64,000 nucleotides of DNA from an uncultured Rickettsiales bacterium (GTDB taxonomy: Bacteria; Pseudomonadota; Alphaproteobacteria; Rickettsiales; UBA8987). The stretch lies in contig CAYULD010000004.1 in assembly GCA_964445765.1 (NCBI GenBank), positions 83,296 through 147,295 of the forward strand, given 5' to 3'. How positions within the stretch are numbered: position 1 is the stretch's first letter; each line of letters starts with the position of its first letter. The notes beneath the pieces are model-generated. The model was not told where the DNA came from and did not search any database. It worked only from the letters and a program-made list of their open reading frames with translations. Below are positions 27,852-37,182 of this stretch, in pieces. Position numbers and translations under genes: made by a program.

Positions 27852-29060
27852 CTATATCCCAAATAACAATCTTTGAGGGTCTTCAATAAGTTGTTTAACA
27901 CGCACTAAGAAAGTTACTGCTTCTCTGCCATCAATTATTCTATGGTCATAAGAAAGGGCTATATACATCATATCACGGGCTTGAATTGAGCCGTCATACA
28001 TAACAACAGGGCGTTTTGTGATATTATGAAGCCCTAAAATGCCAGATTGCGGTGGGTTAATAATTGGCGTTGATAACATAGAGCCATATATACCGCCATT
28101 AGTGATTGTAAAAGTGCCACCAGTTAAATCTGCCATAGAAAGCTTTCCATCACGAGCCATTTTTGCAAGCCTAGAAATATCTTTCTCAATTTCAGCAAAG
28201 CCAATTTTATCGCAGTTGCGAACCACTGGAACAACTAAGCCTTGCTCAGTGCCAACTGCAACGCCAATATCATAATAATTTTTATAAACAATTTCATCAC
28301 CATCAATTTCTGAATTAACCGCTGGAAGCTCTTTTAATGCTTGCACGCACGCCTTTGCAAATAATGACATAAAGCCAAGTTTAACGCCGTGGGTTGCGGC
28401 AAATTGCTCATTATACTGGGCACGCATTTTGATGATGTTTGTCATATCAACTTCGTTGAAAGTTGTTAGCATCGCTGCAGTATTTTGAGACTCTTTAAGC
28501 CTTTTTGCAATAGTTTGACGAAGTTTCGTCATTTTAACGCGTTTCTCACGATCAGCATTATTAGTTGCTGTTGATTGTGATGAAGATGATGGGGCAGGCG
28601 GGTTTGCAATAGCATTAAGAACATCACCTTTTGTGATTCTTCCATCTTTACCAGTGCCAGAAATATTAGATGCATCAACATTATTTTCTGATGCAATTTT
28701 ACGAGCTGCAGGGCCAGATTTATCAAGATTAGTTGATGGTTGATGGTTAATAGTTGATGGTTTAGAGGGGGCAGAAGCTGGTTGAGTTGTATTTTGATTT
28801 GCAGGGGCTGAAACCGCAGGTGCAGCACCCGCCTTAATAATTCCAAGAATTTGATCAACCACAACAGTTGTGCCTTCGCCGGCTTTTATATCTTCCAAAA
28901 CACCATTATCAAGGGCGTTGACTTCAAGGGTAACTTTATCAGTTTCAAGTTCAACTAATAATTCATCTTTCTTAACGGCATCACCTTTCTTTTTGTGCCA
29001 TTTAGCAACTGTGGCTTCTGAGATTGATTCACCTAAAGTAGGGGTTTTGATTTCAAGCAT
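27852..29060 (-). CDS. sucB: Dihydrolipoyllysine-residue succinyltransferase (E2 of 2-oxoglutarate dehydrogenase)
   Basis: It has a lipoyl domain ([12 protein letters not shown]), a P/A-rich linker, an E3-binding region and the catalytic DHRIIDG motif. Confidence 0.95.
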   Translation of the reverse strand: MLEIKTPTLGESISEATVAKWHKKKGDAVKKDELLVELETDKVTLEVNALDNGVLEDIKAGEGTTVVVDQILGIIKAGAAPAVSAPANQNTTQPASAPSKPSTINHQPSTNLDKSGPAARKIASENNVDASNISGTGKDGRITKGDVLNAIANPPAPSSSSQSTATNNADREKRVKMTKLRQTIAKRLKESQNTAAMLTTFNEVDMTNIIKMRAQYNEQFAATHGVKLGFMSLFAKACVQALKELPAVNSEIDGDEIVYKNYYDIGVAVGTEQGLVVPVVRNCDKIGFAEIEKDISRLAKMARDGKLSMADLTGGTFTITNGGIYGSMLSTPIINPPQSGILGLHNITKRPVVMYDGSIQARDMMYIALSYDHRIIDGREAVTFLVRVKQLIEDPQRLLFGI

Positions 29061-29206
29061 TTTTGCTCCATAATTAATTATTTAATGACAGATGATTTAT
29101 ATCATTGTGAAATATTAAGCAATAAAAAATAGGATTTTATAATTAGTTTTTGGAAGTTGTGTTTTAGATGTTGGCAGAGGAATTCCTAAATAAGTATATA
29201 TTATGC

Positions 29207-29278
29207 GTCATTTCGAGCAAAGCGAGAAATCTCATAGAGTTATAAAACAACGAGATATCTCGCTTCGCTCGATATGAC
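29207..29278. repeat. GTCAT...ATGAC palindromic repeat (72 bp)
   Basis: GTCATTTCGAGCAAAGCGAGAAATCTC ... GAGATATCTCGCTTCGCTCGATATGAC. The arms are about 27 bp with a few mismatches. Confidence 0.85.
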
Positions 29279-29364
29279 TCTGGTAGAAATCTATACCTAT
29301 TAGTATTGCCTTGGCAGATTGTATCATCAGAATTTAATAAAAATTTTCTATTGAATATATTAGT

Positions 29365-29399
29365 AAAATAAAAAGCCCTGTAATTATAAATTACAGGGC
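29365..29399 (-). terminator. Rho-independent terminator after the 964-aa gene
   Basis: On the minus strand: GCCCTGTAAT...ATTACAGGGC followed by TTTTTATTTT. Confidence 0.8.
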
Positions 29400-29441
29400 G
29401 GGGGGAGGTAAGTCTTAATAATAGTTTTAAGATTTTTATTG

Positions 29442-32336
29442 TTAAGAAATTTCAAAGCAACCACCAAGGCCAAGTTGATTCAATACATTTGCAACGGTTG
29501 CAGCATCTGGGCAAGCTAAATCTCCGCATATATCTCTCATTTCTCTAATAACTAAAACATTTCCAATTTCATTTCCTTGAGAATCTGTGTTTCTAAGCTC
29601 TGAATCCCAAAAGGCTTGATCAATATATCCGCCATTTGTTCTAATAGCTCCACCCCATAATTCCTGACCAACTGGTGTATCAATACCTTCTTCATATCTT
29701 AAACTACAACCACTACCAAGAGAGCTATTCGTAACATTATTAGCAGGTGCCATATTTTGAGATGAATTATCATCATTGTAAAAATCAAAATTATCAAAAC
29801 CTATAGAATAATTTGTTTCTTCAATTTCTTCCACAGGTAATGAGATTTGATTTTGAGTATTCTGAGTTTGTGAAGTCTGATTTGAGTTTGATAATAAATT
29901 ATTTTGCCAGCTTGCGCCAATATTTGAAAATGAATTATTTGCAAAATTCACAATAGGCTCTGCAGGCTGTTGATAAAAATCATTAGCAGGTGCAGAATAA
30001 TTGGAGCTTGAACCTAAAAATGATAAAAATGAGTTAAAGCTATAAGTTGGTGTTGATGGTTCATTAATAGCTGGAACTAATTCAGGCATAACAATATCAG
30101 AGGTTTTTTCTATGGTTGCAACATTTTCTGCACTAGTTTTATCTTCTACAAAATTTAGATTTGATGGTAATTCTAATGGCATCATTGCAAGGCCTGCATA
30201 ACTTGAACTTACTTCAGTGCTCTCTATATTTTCTTGATCTTCTTCTTTAACTTCAGTAACGGTTTGAACAACTTCTATAGTTTCATAATTTTTGTCATTT
30301 GCTTCATCTGCTTTGTTTTGAATAACTTCCTCAAATGATGGCTCTCTTTGTATGGATTTTATGCTATTAGATTCAGACTTGTCAGCAATATCAATGATAA
30401 TAATTCCTTCATTTGTCTCTTCTGAAATTTTATTATCTAATAAGCTTTTTTCTTGTTCTTCTGATTGTTTTGTTGAGTTGCTAGCATATGAAACATCTTC
30501 AGCGCCAGATAATAATGGTTCTTGTTCAACTTCTGCCTCTAATGTATTATTTGTAGAATCAGCTTCTTTAACTATTTGATTATTGTTTAAATTGCCAGTT
30601 AGTTTTTGTGTTAGAGCTGATAATTTTGCTATTTTTTCAGAAAAACTTAGATTTGATTTAGAAAATAAATCACTTATTTCTCTTGCTATGCTATTTTCCA
30701 TATCTGGTTCTTGTTTCTTAGGTTGAATAATATCTTCATTATTTTCTGAGCTGTTTGCTTCAACTATTTCGATATTTTGCTCTTCTATTTGTATTTCTGA
30801 ACCTACTTTCTCATCTAAACTTTTGGGTTGTTCATTCCAATTGCCAAAGTTAAATAATCCAGAGTTGCTTTCTGTTGCAATAGCTTCATTAGAGGAAACT
30901 TCTTCTTTAGCTTCTTGGTTTTCAACAACTATTATTTCTTCTTCAGCTGGTATTTCAACTTGTTTAATATCACTCACAGGTTCTACTGAAGTATTGTTAA
31001 TTTTGCTTAGTAAGAACGCTAAGCTGGAATTTTCAGCGGGCATTGAAACATTTTCATTTTGGGTTGATACTGAGTTGTTTTGAACTGGTTGTGTTTCTTG
31101 AATAGTTTGTTCAACATTATTAGTATTTTCTGAAATCTCAATTGCTCCAATATCTACAATTTCTGATACGATATTATTTTCACTTGGTGCTTGTTCCTCA
31201 ATAGGTTTTTCTATTAAACCCAATTCTACTTTGGCAGAGAATAAATTTTCAAAGCCTAATAATTCAGAGGTTCTTTCTTCTCCAAAATTAATTTCTAAGG
31301 CTGAAATTAAATCTGCTATTTTACCCCTAGCATAAGGACTATCTTCATAATTTCCCAGACCTTTCTTTTGAATGAAATCATAAACACCTGAAAAGTGAGG
31401 AATATTTGCTTGGGAAATGAAAGATGGGATTTTTGAGTTTGAGATGCCTATGAAACCTATCTCTGGAACGAATTCAAAACCTGCTTTTGACATTAAATCT
31501 ATAGCATAGGTTGGTAATGCAGTTCCTTCTGAGTCTTGGTAAATTTCTTTCATTAAGTTTGAAACAGTTCCTTTTTTTACTGCATCAACTAACTTTAAAT
31601 AATATTGTTGATCAACTATATTTGAAGGGTTGTAAGGTACTAAAACTTTAGTGTTTCCTACATTTATTACTTGAGGGTCAACGCCATTGTGTGATGATCG
31701 TTGAAAGCTATTTAAAGGGTGATTTGAATTTGGCCAAGTATAACCTTGCTTAGAAAGAGAGTTCCAAGCTGCACAACCTGCCTGACCTATGTCAAAGGAA
31801 AATTCTACATTTTCAAACCTTGTATTTGGCGTAGTGCTTTGGATTTCTATAAAGGCTTCAAATCTTCCGCCACCTAGCATAACAGCTGTTGAAGCGGTAG
31901 CAATTGCAGAATCAGATAAGAAAAATTCTATACTATTGCCATCAGCTGATAATTTGTGAGTAATCTGGTTTCTAGGAATTATAATTTCTTCACCAGTTCT
32001 ATCTAAGATAATTTTGAATGATAAATTATTTGAAGAATTTGCACTATTAAGACCAATAATATCTAAATCACCCGGCAAGTTAGTGCCATTTGCTGATTCA
32101 AAATTATGGCTATCTTTAACTTGAATCTTAACTAATGGTGTATCTGAGGTAATTCTAGAAAAATACGTTGCAAAAGCAGATACATCAATATCATATTTAT
32201 CGGAAAAGCCTGTTGAGCCTCCATCTATAGTAAGATTGGGATTAAGTATATTAGACATTGCCTCTTCTAATTTTTGAAGTGTATCCAAATATTTTGGATT
32301 GTTGTTACTTGAAGTTTGATTCCATCTCAAAGGCAT
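29442..32336 (-). CDS. Large low-complexity protein (964 aa), probable paralogue of the 1517-aa protein
   Basis: An uninterrupted 2.9-kb ORF with no signal peptide. The centre is E/N/S/Q-rich and the C-terminal ~90 aa contain several Cys. It has the same promoter block and the same GGGGGA SD spacing as the 1517-aa gene. Confidence 0.8.
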   Translation of the reverse strand: MPLRWNQTSSNNNPKYLDTLQKLEEAMSNILNPNLTIDGGSTGFSDKYDIDVSAFATYFSRITSDTPLVKIQVKDSHNFESANGTNLPGDLDIIGLNSANSSNNLSFKIILDRTGEEIIIPRNQITHKLSADGNSIEFFLSDSAIATASTAVMLGGGRFEAFIEIQSTTPNTRFENVEFSFDIGQAGCAAWNSLSKQGYTWPNSNHPLNSFQRSSHNGVDPQVINVGNTKVLVPYNPSNIVDQQYYLKLVDAVKKGTVSNLMKEIYQDSEGTALPTYAIDLMSKAGFEFVPEIGFIGISNSKIPSFISQANIPHFSGVYDFIQKKGLGNYEDSPYARGKIADLISALEINFGEERTSELLGFENLFSAKVELGLIEKPIEEQAPSENNIVSEIVDIGAIEISENTNNVEQTIQETQPVQNNSVSTQNENVSMPAENSSLAFLLSKINNTSVEPVSDIKQVEIPAEEEIIVVENQEAKEEVSSNEAIATESNSGLFNFGNWNEQPKSLDEKVGSEIQIEEQNIEIVEANSSENNEDIIQPKKQEPDMENSIAREISDLFSKSNLSFSEKIAKLSALTQKLTGNLNNNQIVKEADSTNNTLEAEVEQEPLLSGAEDVSYASNSTKQSEEQEKSLLDNKISEETNEGIIIIDIADKSESNSIKSIQREPSFEEVIQNKADEANDKNYETIEVVQTVTEVKEEDQENIESTEVSSSYAGLAMMPLELPSNLNFVEDKTSAENVATIEKTSDIVMPELVPAINEPSTPTYSFNSFLSFLGSSSNYSAPANDFYQQPAEPIVNFANNSFSNIGASWQNNLLSNSNQTSQTQNTQNQISLPVEEIEETNYSIGFDNFDFYNDDNSSQNMAPANNVTNSSLGSGCSLRYEEGIDTPVGQELWGGAIRTNGGYIDQAFWDSELRNTDSQGNEIGNVLVIREMRDICGDLACPDAATVANVLNQLGLGGCFEIS

Positions 32337-32391
32337 AATTCCCCCATTTAATTTAGGATTTTATTTAAATTTTAATAGTTAATATTTTATT

Positions 32392-32440
32392 AATATATAT
32401 TAAAAATTCGTTAATTGCAACAAAATTAATAAAATTTTAA
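32392..32440 (-). promoter_or_regulatory. Predicted sigma-70-type promoter of the 964-aa gene, within a conserved block
   Basis: On the minus strand: -35 TTGCAA (32420-32415), a 17-nt spacer, and -10 TATATT (32397-32392). The block matches 24945-24993 at 43 of 49 positions by hand alignment. Confidence 0.55.
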
Positions 32441-32530
32441 TCATATTTTATTTAAGATAAAAATTATTATTTGATTAGTCTCATTTATAATCTATAAGTC
32501 TTCATCAAAATTTAACTAAGCATTTGAATT

Positions 32531-33304
32531 ATGTATTATATTCAATCTATTGGGGCTTTAACGCTTAGCGGTTTAGAAGCACTTGGCAGAACATTTATAT
32601 TCTTTTTTCAAGCAATAATTGCGGCTGTTACGCCTAAATTTTATCCTAAACAAATATTAAAACAGGTTATGGATATTGGCTTTTACTCTTTGCCAGTTGT
32701 TGGTATGACAGCAATTTTCACTGGTGCGGTGCTTGCACTTCAAAGTTATAGCGGGTTTTCAAGGTTTAATGCCGAAAGCTCAATTGCAACTGTGGTTGTT
32801 TTATCAATTACTAGGGAGCTTGGGCCAGTGCTTGCAGGGCTTATGGTTGCGGGCAGGGTAGGGGCATCAATTGCGGCTGAAATCGGCACTATGAAAGTTA
32901 CTGAGCAAATTGATGCTTTAACCACACTTTCAACTAATCCAGTTAAATATCTAATTGCACCAAGGCTAATTGCCGGCTTTATAACATTGCCCATTTTAGT
33001 TTTAATTGCGGATATTATTGGCGTTATGGGTGGCTATTTGGTTTCAATCAATAAACTTGGCTTTAATTCTGCATCTTACTTAAGAAGCACCTTAGAATAT
33101 TTAGAATTTAAGGATGTTTTTTCAGGACTAGTAAAGGCAAGTATTTTTGGTTTTATAGTTGCCTTAATGGGTTGTTATCACGGCTTTAACTCAGGGCGGG
33201 GGGCGCAAGGTGTTGGCAAGGCAACCACTTCAGCGGTGGTATCCTCATCAGTTTTAATATTAATTGCAAATTATATCATTACGGAAGTTTTCTTTAGTGA
33301 TTGA
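32531..33304 (+). CDS. mlaE: MlaE-family ABC transporter permease (phospholipid transport)
   Basis: The length and the conserved REL/GPVLAGLMVAGRVGASIAAEIGTMKVTEQIDAL motif fit MlaE. Confidence 0.9.
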   Translation: MYYIQSIGALTLSGLEALGRTFIFFFQAIIAAVTPKFYPKQILKQVMDIGFYSLPVVGMTAIFTGAVLALQSYSGFSRFNAESSIATVVVLSITRELGPVLAGLMVAGRVGASIAAEIGTMKVTEQIDALTTLSTNPVKYLIAPRLIAGFITLPILVLIADIIGVMGGYLVSINKLGFNSASYLRSTLEYLEFKDVFSGLVKASIFGFIVALMGCYHGFNSGRGAQGVGKATTSAVVSSSVLILIANYIITEVFFSD

Positions 33305-33314
33305 TTGCTAATCT

Positions 33315-33346
33315 CTAACACCCAACCCCTAACCCCTAATCCCTAA
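33315..33346. repeat. C-rich heptamer tract CTAACACCCAACCCCTAACCCCTAATCCCTAA, ending 2 nt before the murJ ATG
   Basis: Read directly. The complement carries four G-runs of at least 3. It is related to the tract at 505-530. Confidence 0.9.
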
Positions 33347-33347
33347 A

Positions 33348-34913
33348 ATGTTAGCAAAATCTTTCCTAACTGTGTCTTTTATGACCTTACTTTCTAGGGT
33401 TTCAGGTTTTGTTAGGGAAATTTTCGTGGCAAAATATCTTGGAACCTCAGCATTATCGGAGGCCTTTTTTGTAGCATTAAAATTACCCAATTTTTTTAGA
33501 AGATTATTTGCAGAAGGTGCTTTCAACGCAGCTTTTATACCTAGTTTTTCTCAAATTTTACAGAATGAAGGAAAAGAAAAAGCCGAAGAATTTTCGCGTA
33601 ATATACTTGGGTTAATGTTTATAGCATTATCAATTTTTACCATTATTTTTCTAATTTTTATGCCTGCGGTAATATTTGTTATCGCACCCGGTTTTTCTGG
33701 CAAAGGTGAGATTTATAATATCACTATTGAACTTACTAGAATTACATTTCCATACTTAATTTTAATCTCGCTAGCAACCGCTTTTGCAGGGGTTTTACAG
33801 AGTAATAATAAGTTTTGGGCTGGTGGTTTTATGCCAGTTTATTTTAATTTGGTTATTATATTTTTTATGTTGGCTTTGCCCAATTATTTTGAATCTATTG
33901 CTCATACAATGGCTTGGGGTGTTTTTGCATCAGGTATAATCCAGCTAATTTGGATGGGCTATTTTATGAAAAAAAATGATTATTCCTTCAAGCCATTATT
34001 CAAAAATTATTTTTTAGATAATAAAATTACCTTTTTCTTAAAAAAATTTGCCCCCGGTGCGTTGGGAGCAGGAATTTTTCAAATAAATTTAATGGTTGAT
34101 ATTATCATTGCGAGTTTTTTTACTGGTGCAATTGCCTTTCTAAATTACGCAGATAGAATTAACCAACTGCCCCTTTCTTTAATTGGCACCGCTATGGGAA
34201 CAGCCCTTCTGCCGGAGCTTTCAAGAAGGCTTGCCACAAATGATATTACTTCTGCCAAGCAAGGTTTTAATAAGGCTTTGCAGATGGTTTTGCTTTTATC
34301 ATTGCCTGCTTGTTTTTCATTAATTGCAATTCCATTTACAATAATTGGCACTTTGTTTGAAAGGGGGGAATTTAAGGCAAGTGATACTGAGGCCGCTGGG
34401 TTTGCTTTAGTAGCATTTGCAATAGGCCTGCCAGCATTTACATTAAATAAAGTTTATTCATCAAGTTTTTTTGCCCTAAAAGATACTAAAACCCCTGTTA
34501 TTGGTGCCACAATTTCTCTCTTCATTAACATATTTTTTAATATTATTCTTGCGTTTGGATTTAATAAAATTGGTTTTATGCCTCATGTTGGTATGGCACT
34601 TGCAACAAGCATTTCAGGCTGGTTTAACCTCTTGTTTTTACATATAAAACTTAAGAATAAAAACTCATCTCTTACTATTGAAGATGATCTTATAATCTCG
34701 GCAAAGAAAATATTTTTACTTTCTTTGCTTGTTTCTTTGTTTAGCTATGTTTTGGCCGATAAACTTGGCTATGGTTTTAGAAATTTACTAATAAATATTT
34801 CTCTAATTTTAATTATTTATTTTGGTTTGTCATTTAAGCTAAAAATAATTTCTTATATTGAATTTAAGGCATTTTTTAGAAGAAATAAAATTGAAAAAAA
34901 TGAATCTCAATAA
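33348..34913 (+). CDS. murJ: Lipid II flippase MurJ
   Basis: TLLSRVSGFVREIFVAKYLGTSALSEAFFVALKLPNFFRRLFAEGAFNAAFIP is the signature MurJ/MviN N-terminus. About 14 TM segments. Confidence 0.93.
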   Translation: MLAKSFLTVSFMTLLSRVSGFVREIFVAKYLGTSALSEAFFVALKLPNFFRRLFAEGAFNAAFIPSFSQILQNEGKEKAEEFSRNILGLMFIALSIFTIIFLIFMPAVIFVIAPGFSGKGEIYNITIELTRITFPYLILISLATAFAGVLQSNNKFWAGGFMPVYFNLVIIFFMLALPNYFESIAHTMAWGVFASGIIQLIWMGYFMKKNDYSFKPLFKNYFLDNKITFFLKKFAPGALGAGIFQINLMVDIIIASFFTGAIAFLNYADRINQLPLSLIGTAMGTALLPELSRRLATNDITSAKQGFNKALQMVLLLSLPACFSLIAIPFTIIGTLFERGEFKASDTEAAGFALVAFAIGLPAFTLNKVYSSSFFALKDTKTPVIGATISLFINIFFNIILAFGFNKIGFMPHVGMALATSISGWFNLLFLHIKLKNKNSSLTIEDDLIISAKKIFLLSLLVSLFSYVLADKLGYGFRNLLINISLILIIYFGLSFKLKIISYIEFKAFFRRNKIEKNESQ

Positions 34914-35604
34914 AAAATTTTTACCATCATCAAGTAGAAGAAAAGCTAGATCAATTTCGCCAGAAAAATTAAGGCTTATGGTTGAGTTTTTTCCTGAAAT
35001 TGCAATTAAAAGCCCAAATTCATTGCTTGGTAATGAAATTTCTGAAATTATTTCTAAAGCAAAAAATTACAATCAAATTTGTCTTGAAATTGGCTTTGGC
35101 AGTGGTGAGCATCTTTTATTTCAAGCAGAAAATAATCCAGATAATTTGTATTTAGCTTCTGAGGTTTTTTATAATTCAATTTGTGCTACAACGCTGAAAA
35201 TTTATAATAAAAAAATTTCAAATATTCGTATTTTTGATGGTGATGCCAGATATTTGCTTGAGGCGTTAAAATTTCTTAATAAGAATATTTTGTCTAAAAT
35301 ATTTTTACTTTTTCCTGATCCTTGGCCAAAAGAAAGGCATCAAAAGCGAAGGCTAGTTAATCAAGAAACTATAAATTTATTTCATTCAGCTTTATCAGAT
35401 AATGGAATTGTTAGGGTAGCAAGCGATCACCCGATTTATTGTAATTGGTGTTTGGAGCAATTTTCTTTAAGTAATAAATTTCAATTGCTAAATAATTTAG
35501 AAAATCTTGCGGAATTGCCTGTTGGTTACACTATTACAAAATATCACGAAAAAGCTATAAATGAAGGCAGGATTGCAAAATTTATGGATTTTAGAAAATT
35601 ATAA
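34900..35604 (+). CDS. trmB: tRNA (guanine46-N7)-methyltransferase
   Basis: EIGFGSGEHL is the SAM motif, and LFPDPWPKERHQKRR is also present. The ATG at 34900 overlaps the murJ end by 14 nt. Confidence 0.9.
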   Translation: MNLNKKFLPSSSRRKARSISPEKLRLMVEFFPEIAIKSPNSLLGNEISEIISKAKNYNQICLEIGFGSGEHLLFQAENNPDNLYLASEVFYNSICATTLKIYNKKISNIRIFDGDARYLLEALKFLNKNILSKIFLLFPDPWPKERHQKRRLVNQETINLFHSALSDNGIVRVASDHPIYCNWCLEQFSLSNKFQLLNNLENLAELPVGYTITKYHEKAINEGRIAKFMDFRKL

Positions 35605-35626
35605 ATCTAATTTCAATTTCAAAAAA

Positions 35627-36676
35627 CTAATCTTCTCTGGCAAGTTTTTCTTCAAGCTCGTGTTGCTCTTGTGCGGCGATAGTCATTGTTGCTATTGGCC
35701 TAGCTTCTAGCCTTTTTAAGCCTATAGGGTCGCCTGTAACTTCACAAAAACCATATTCACCTTCATCAATTCTTTTAAGGGCGTTATCAATTTTGTTTAT
35801 TAATTTGCGATATCTATCTCTAGTTCTAAGCTCTAAGCCAGTTTGTTCAACGATAGTTGCTTGATCCGAAGGGTCTGGCTCATTCCAAGTTTCAACCTGT
35901 AAATGTTCAATAGTTTCATTAGATTCATTCAGTAATTCTTTCTTCCAAGCCTCAAGTTTTCTTCTAAAATACTCAACTTGAAGTGGGTTCATATATTGTT
36001 CATCTTCAGAAGGCTTATAGTTTTCAGGTAGGATAACTTTTCCAGTTTTATCTTTTTTTACATCAATTTTTTTTGCTTTATTTTCCATCTTTTTATAAGT
36101 TTTTGCGTTGCTATTAGATGGCTTTATCTGCTTTGATTTTTTATTTTTATCAAGCTCTTTTTTTCTATCAGCGATAAAATTTTCTCTTGCATCTGGGAAA
36201 GATGGTATGAGCATCACACTTGGCTTTTTAAGAATTGCCGGTTGGCTTTGGTTAAGTGCAATTTTAAGCTCCCCCTTTACATTTGGAATGTCATTTAATA
36301 AAATAGTTTCTTCTTTCTTTTCTAGCTTTGTAGCTAGCTTTAGAGAAGGTTTTACAATTTTTATTTTATCTTTTGCCTTATCAATTTTAGTGTTAATTTT
36401 TTTTATATTTTTACTTTTTGGTAAAGTTTTTTTAATTTGTTTTTCAGGCTTCTTTAATTGGCTTTGCTTTGAAATTTCTTTCTTAGCAATTTTTTTATTG
36501 CTTTTAGCGATTGGTTTTTTAGTTTTTACTATGCTCTTTTTGTTTGAAGACTGTTTTTTAATAATTTTTTTAGGTGCTTGTTTTACTTTTTTTACAGGCT
36601 TTTTTGTTTGAATTTTCTTAGCAGGCTTAGAAATTTTTTTAGCTGGTTTTACAATTTTCTTGCTTTTTTTTGCCAT
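35627..36676 (-). CDS. dksA: DksA-family RNA polymerase-binding factor with a ~215-aa lysine-rich N-terminal extension
   Basis: The C-terminal 135 aa align with DksA (LPENYKPSEDEQYMNP, tip DPSDQA, GLKRLEARP). The zinc finger reads C-x2-T-x17-T-x2-A instead of four Cys. The N-terminus is built of AKK/KPAKKI-type repeats. Confidence 0.8.
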   Translation of the reverse strand: MAKKSKKIVKPAKKISKPAKKIQTKKPVKKVKQAPKKIIKKQSSNKKSIVKTKKPIAKSNKKIAKKEISKQSQLKKPEKQIKKTLPKSKNIKKINTKIDKAKDKIKIVKPSLKLATKLEKKEETILLNDIPNVKGELKIALNQSQPAILKKPSVMLIPSFPDARENFIADRKKELDKNKKSKQIKPSNSNAKTYKKMENKAKKIDVKKDKTGKVILPENYKPSEDEQYMNPLQVEYFRRKLEAWKKELLNESNETIEHLQVETWNEPDPSDQATIVEQTGLELRTRDRYRKLINKIDNALKRIDEGEYGFCEVTGDPIGLKRLEARPIATMTIAAQEQHELEEKLARED

Positions 36677-36685
36677 AGTAAACCC

Positions 36686-37129
36686 TCATTTTGTTTTAAG
36701 TTTTTTTAGTTTTTCTGCTTCTACAATCGCTCTAGTTTTAATTTCTTCTATAATATTTTTAAGTTTAGCATCTTCCGTGTTTATACTTATATTATTTAAT
36801 CTTGCCTCAATGCTCTGTAAAGTATTATATTCAAAAACCCCTAAAATTAAGGCTTTTTTAAGGTTTTCAAGCTGAGAGAGCAAATCTTTGCCATATTCTA
36901 TAGAAATTTGCCTTGAATTAGAGCTTTCAAAATTAGATATTAAATTAATAGAATTTAGCGGATTAATAGAGTTTATAGCTTGCGTTTCAGAAGAATTTGA
37001 TAGGCTAGTTGTTGCAGTTACATCATCTCCAACAAGAAGATTTGAAAAATCACCACTTACCTTAGATGTTTTTTTTAATTTTTTTAGTTGGGAAATTTTA
37101 TAATTTTCGTTAATATCACTGACTTTCAT
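36686..37129 (-). CDS. fliX: FliX-like class II flagellar assembly regulator
   Basis: The C-terminal pattern LLSQLENLKKALILG...TEDAKLKNIIEEIKTRAIVEAEKL matches what I recall of alphaproteobacterial FliX. The N-terminus MKV... is followed by an S/N-rich linker. Confidence 0.55.
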   Translation of the reverse strand: MKVSDINENYKISQLKKLKKTSKVSGDFSNLLVGDDVTATTSLSNSSETQAINSINPLNSINLISNFESSNSRQISIEYGKDLLSQLENLKKALILGVFEYNTLQSIEARLNNISINTEDAKLKNIIEEIKTRAIVEAEKLKKLKTK

Positions 37130-37182
37130 AAATATTGCATAGCTAAATGAGTATAAATTCTAATTAAATCAAAATCGGGTTA

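Noticed and set aside
36108-36611. 167-aa plus-strand ORF rich in F/L/I
   Set aside because: It is the complement of the lysine-codon-rich extension of dksA, where AAA/AAG reads as TTT/CTT. It is a compositional artefact.
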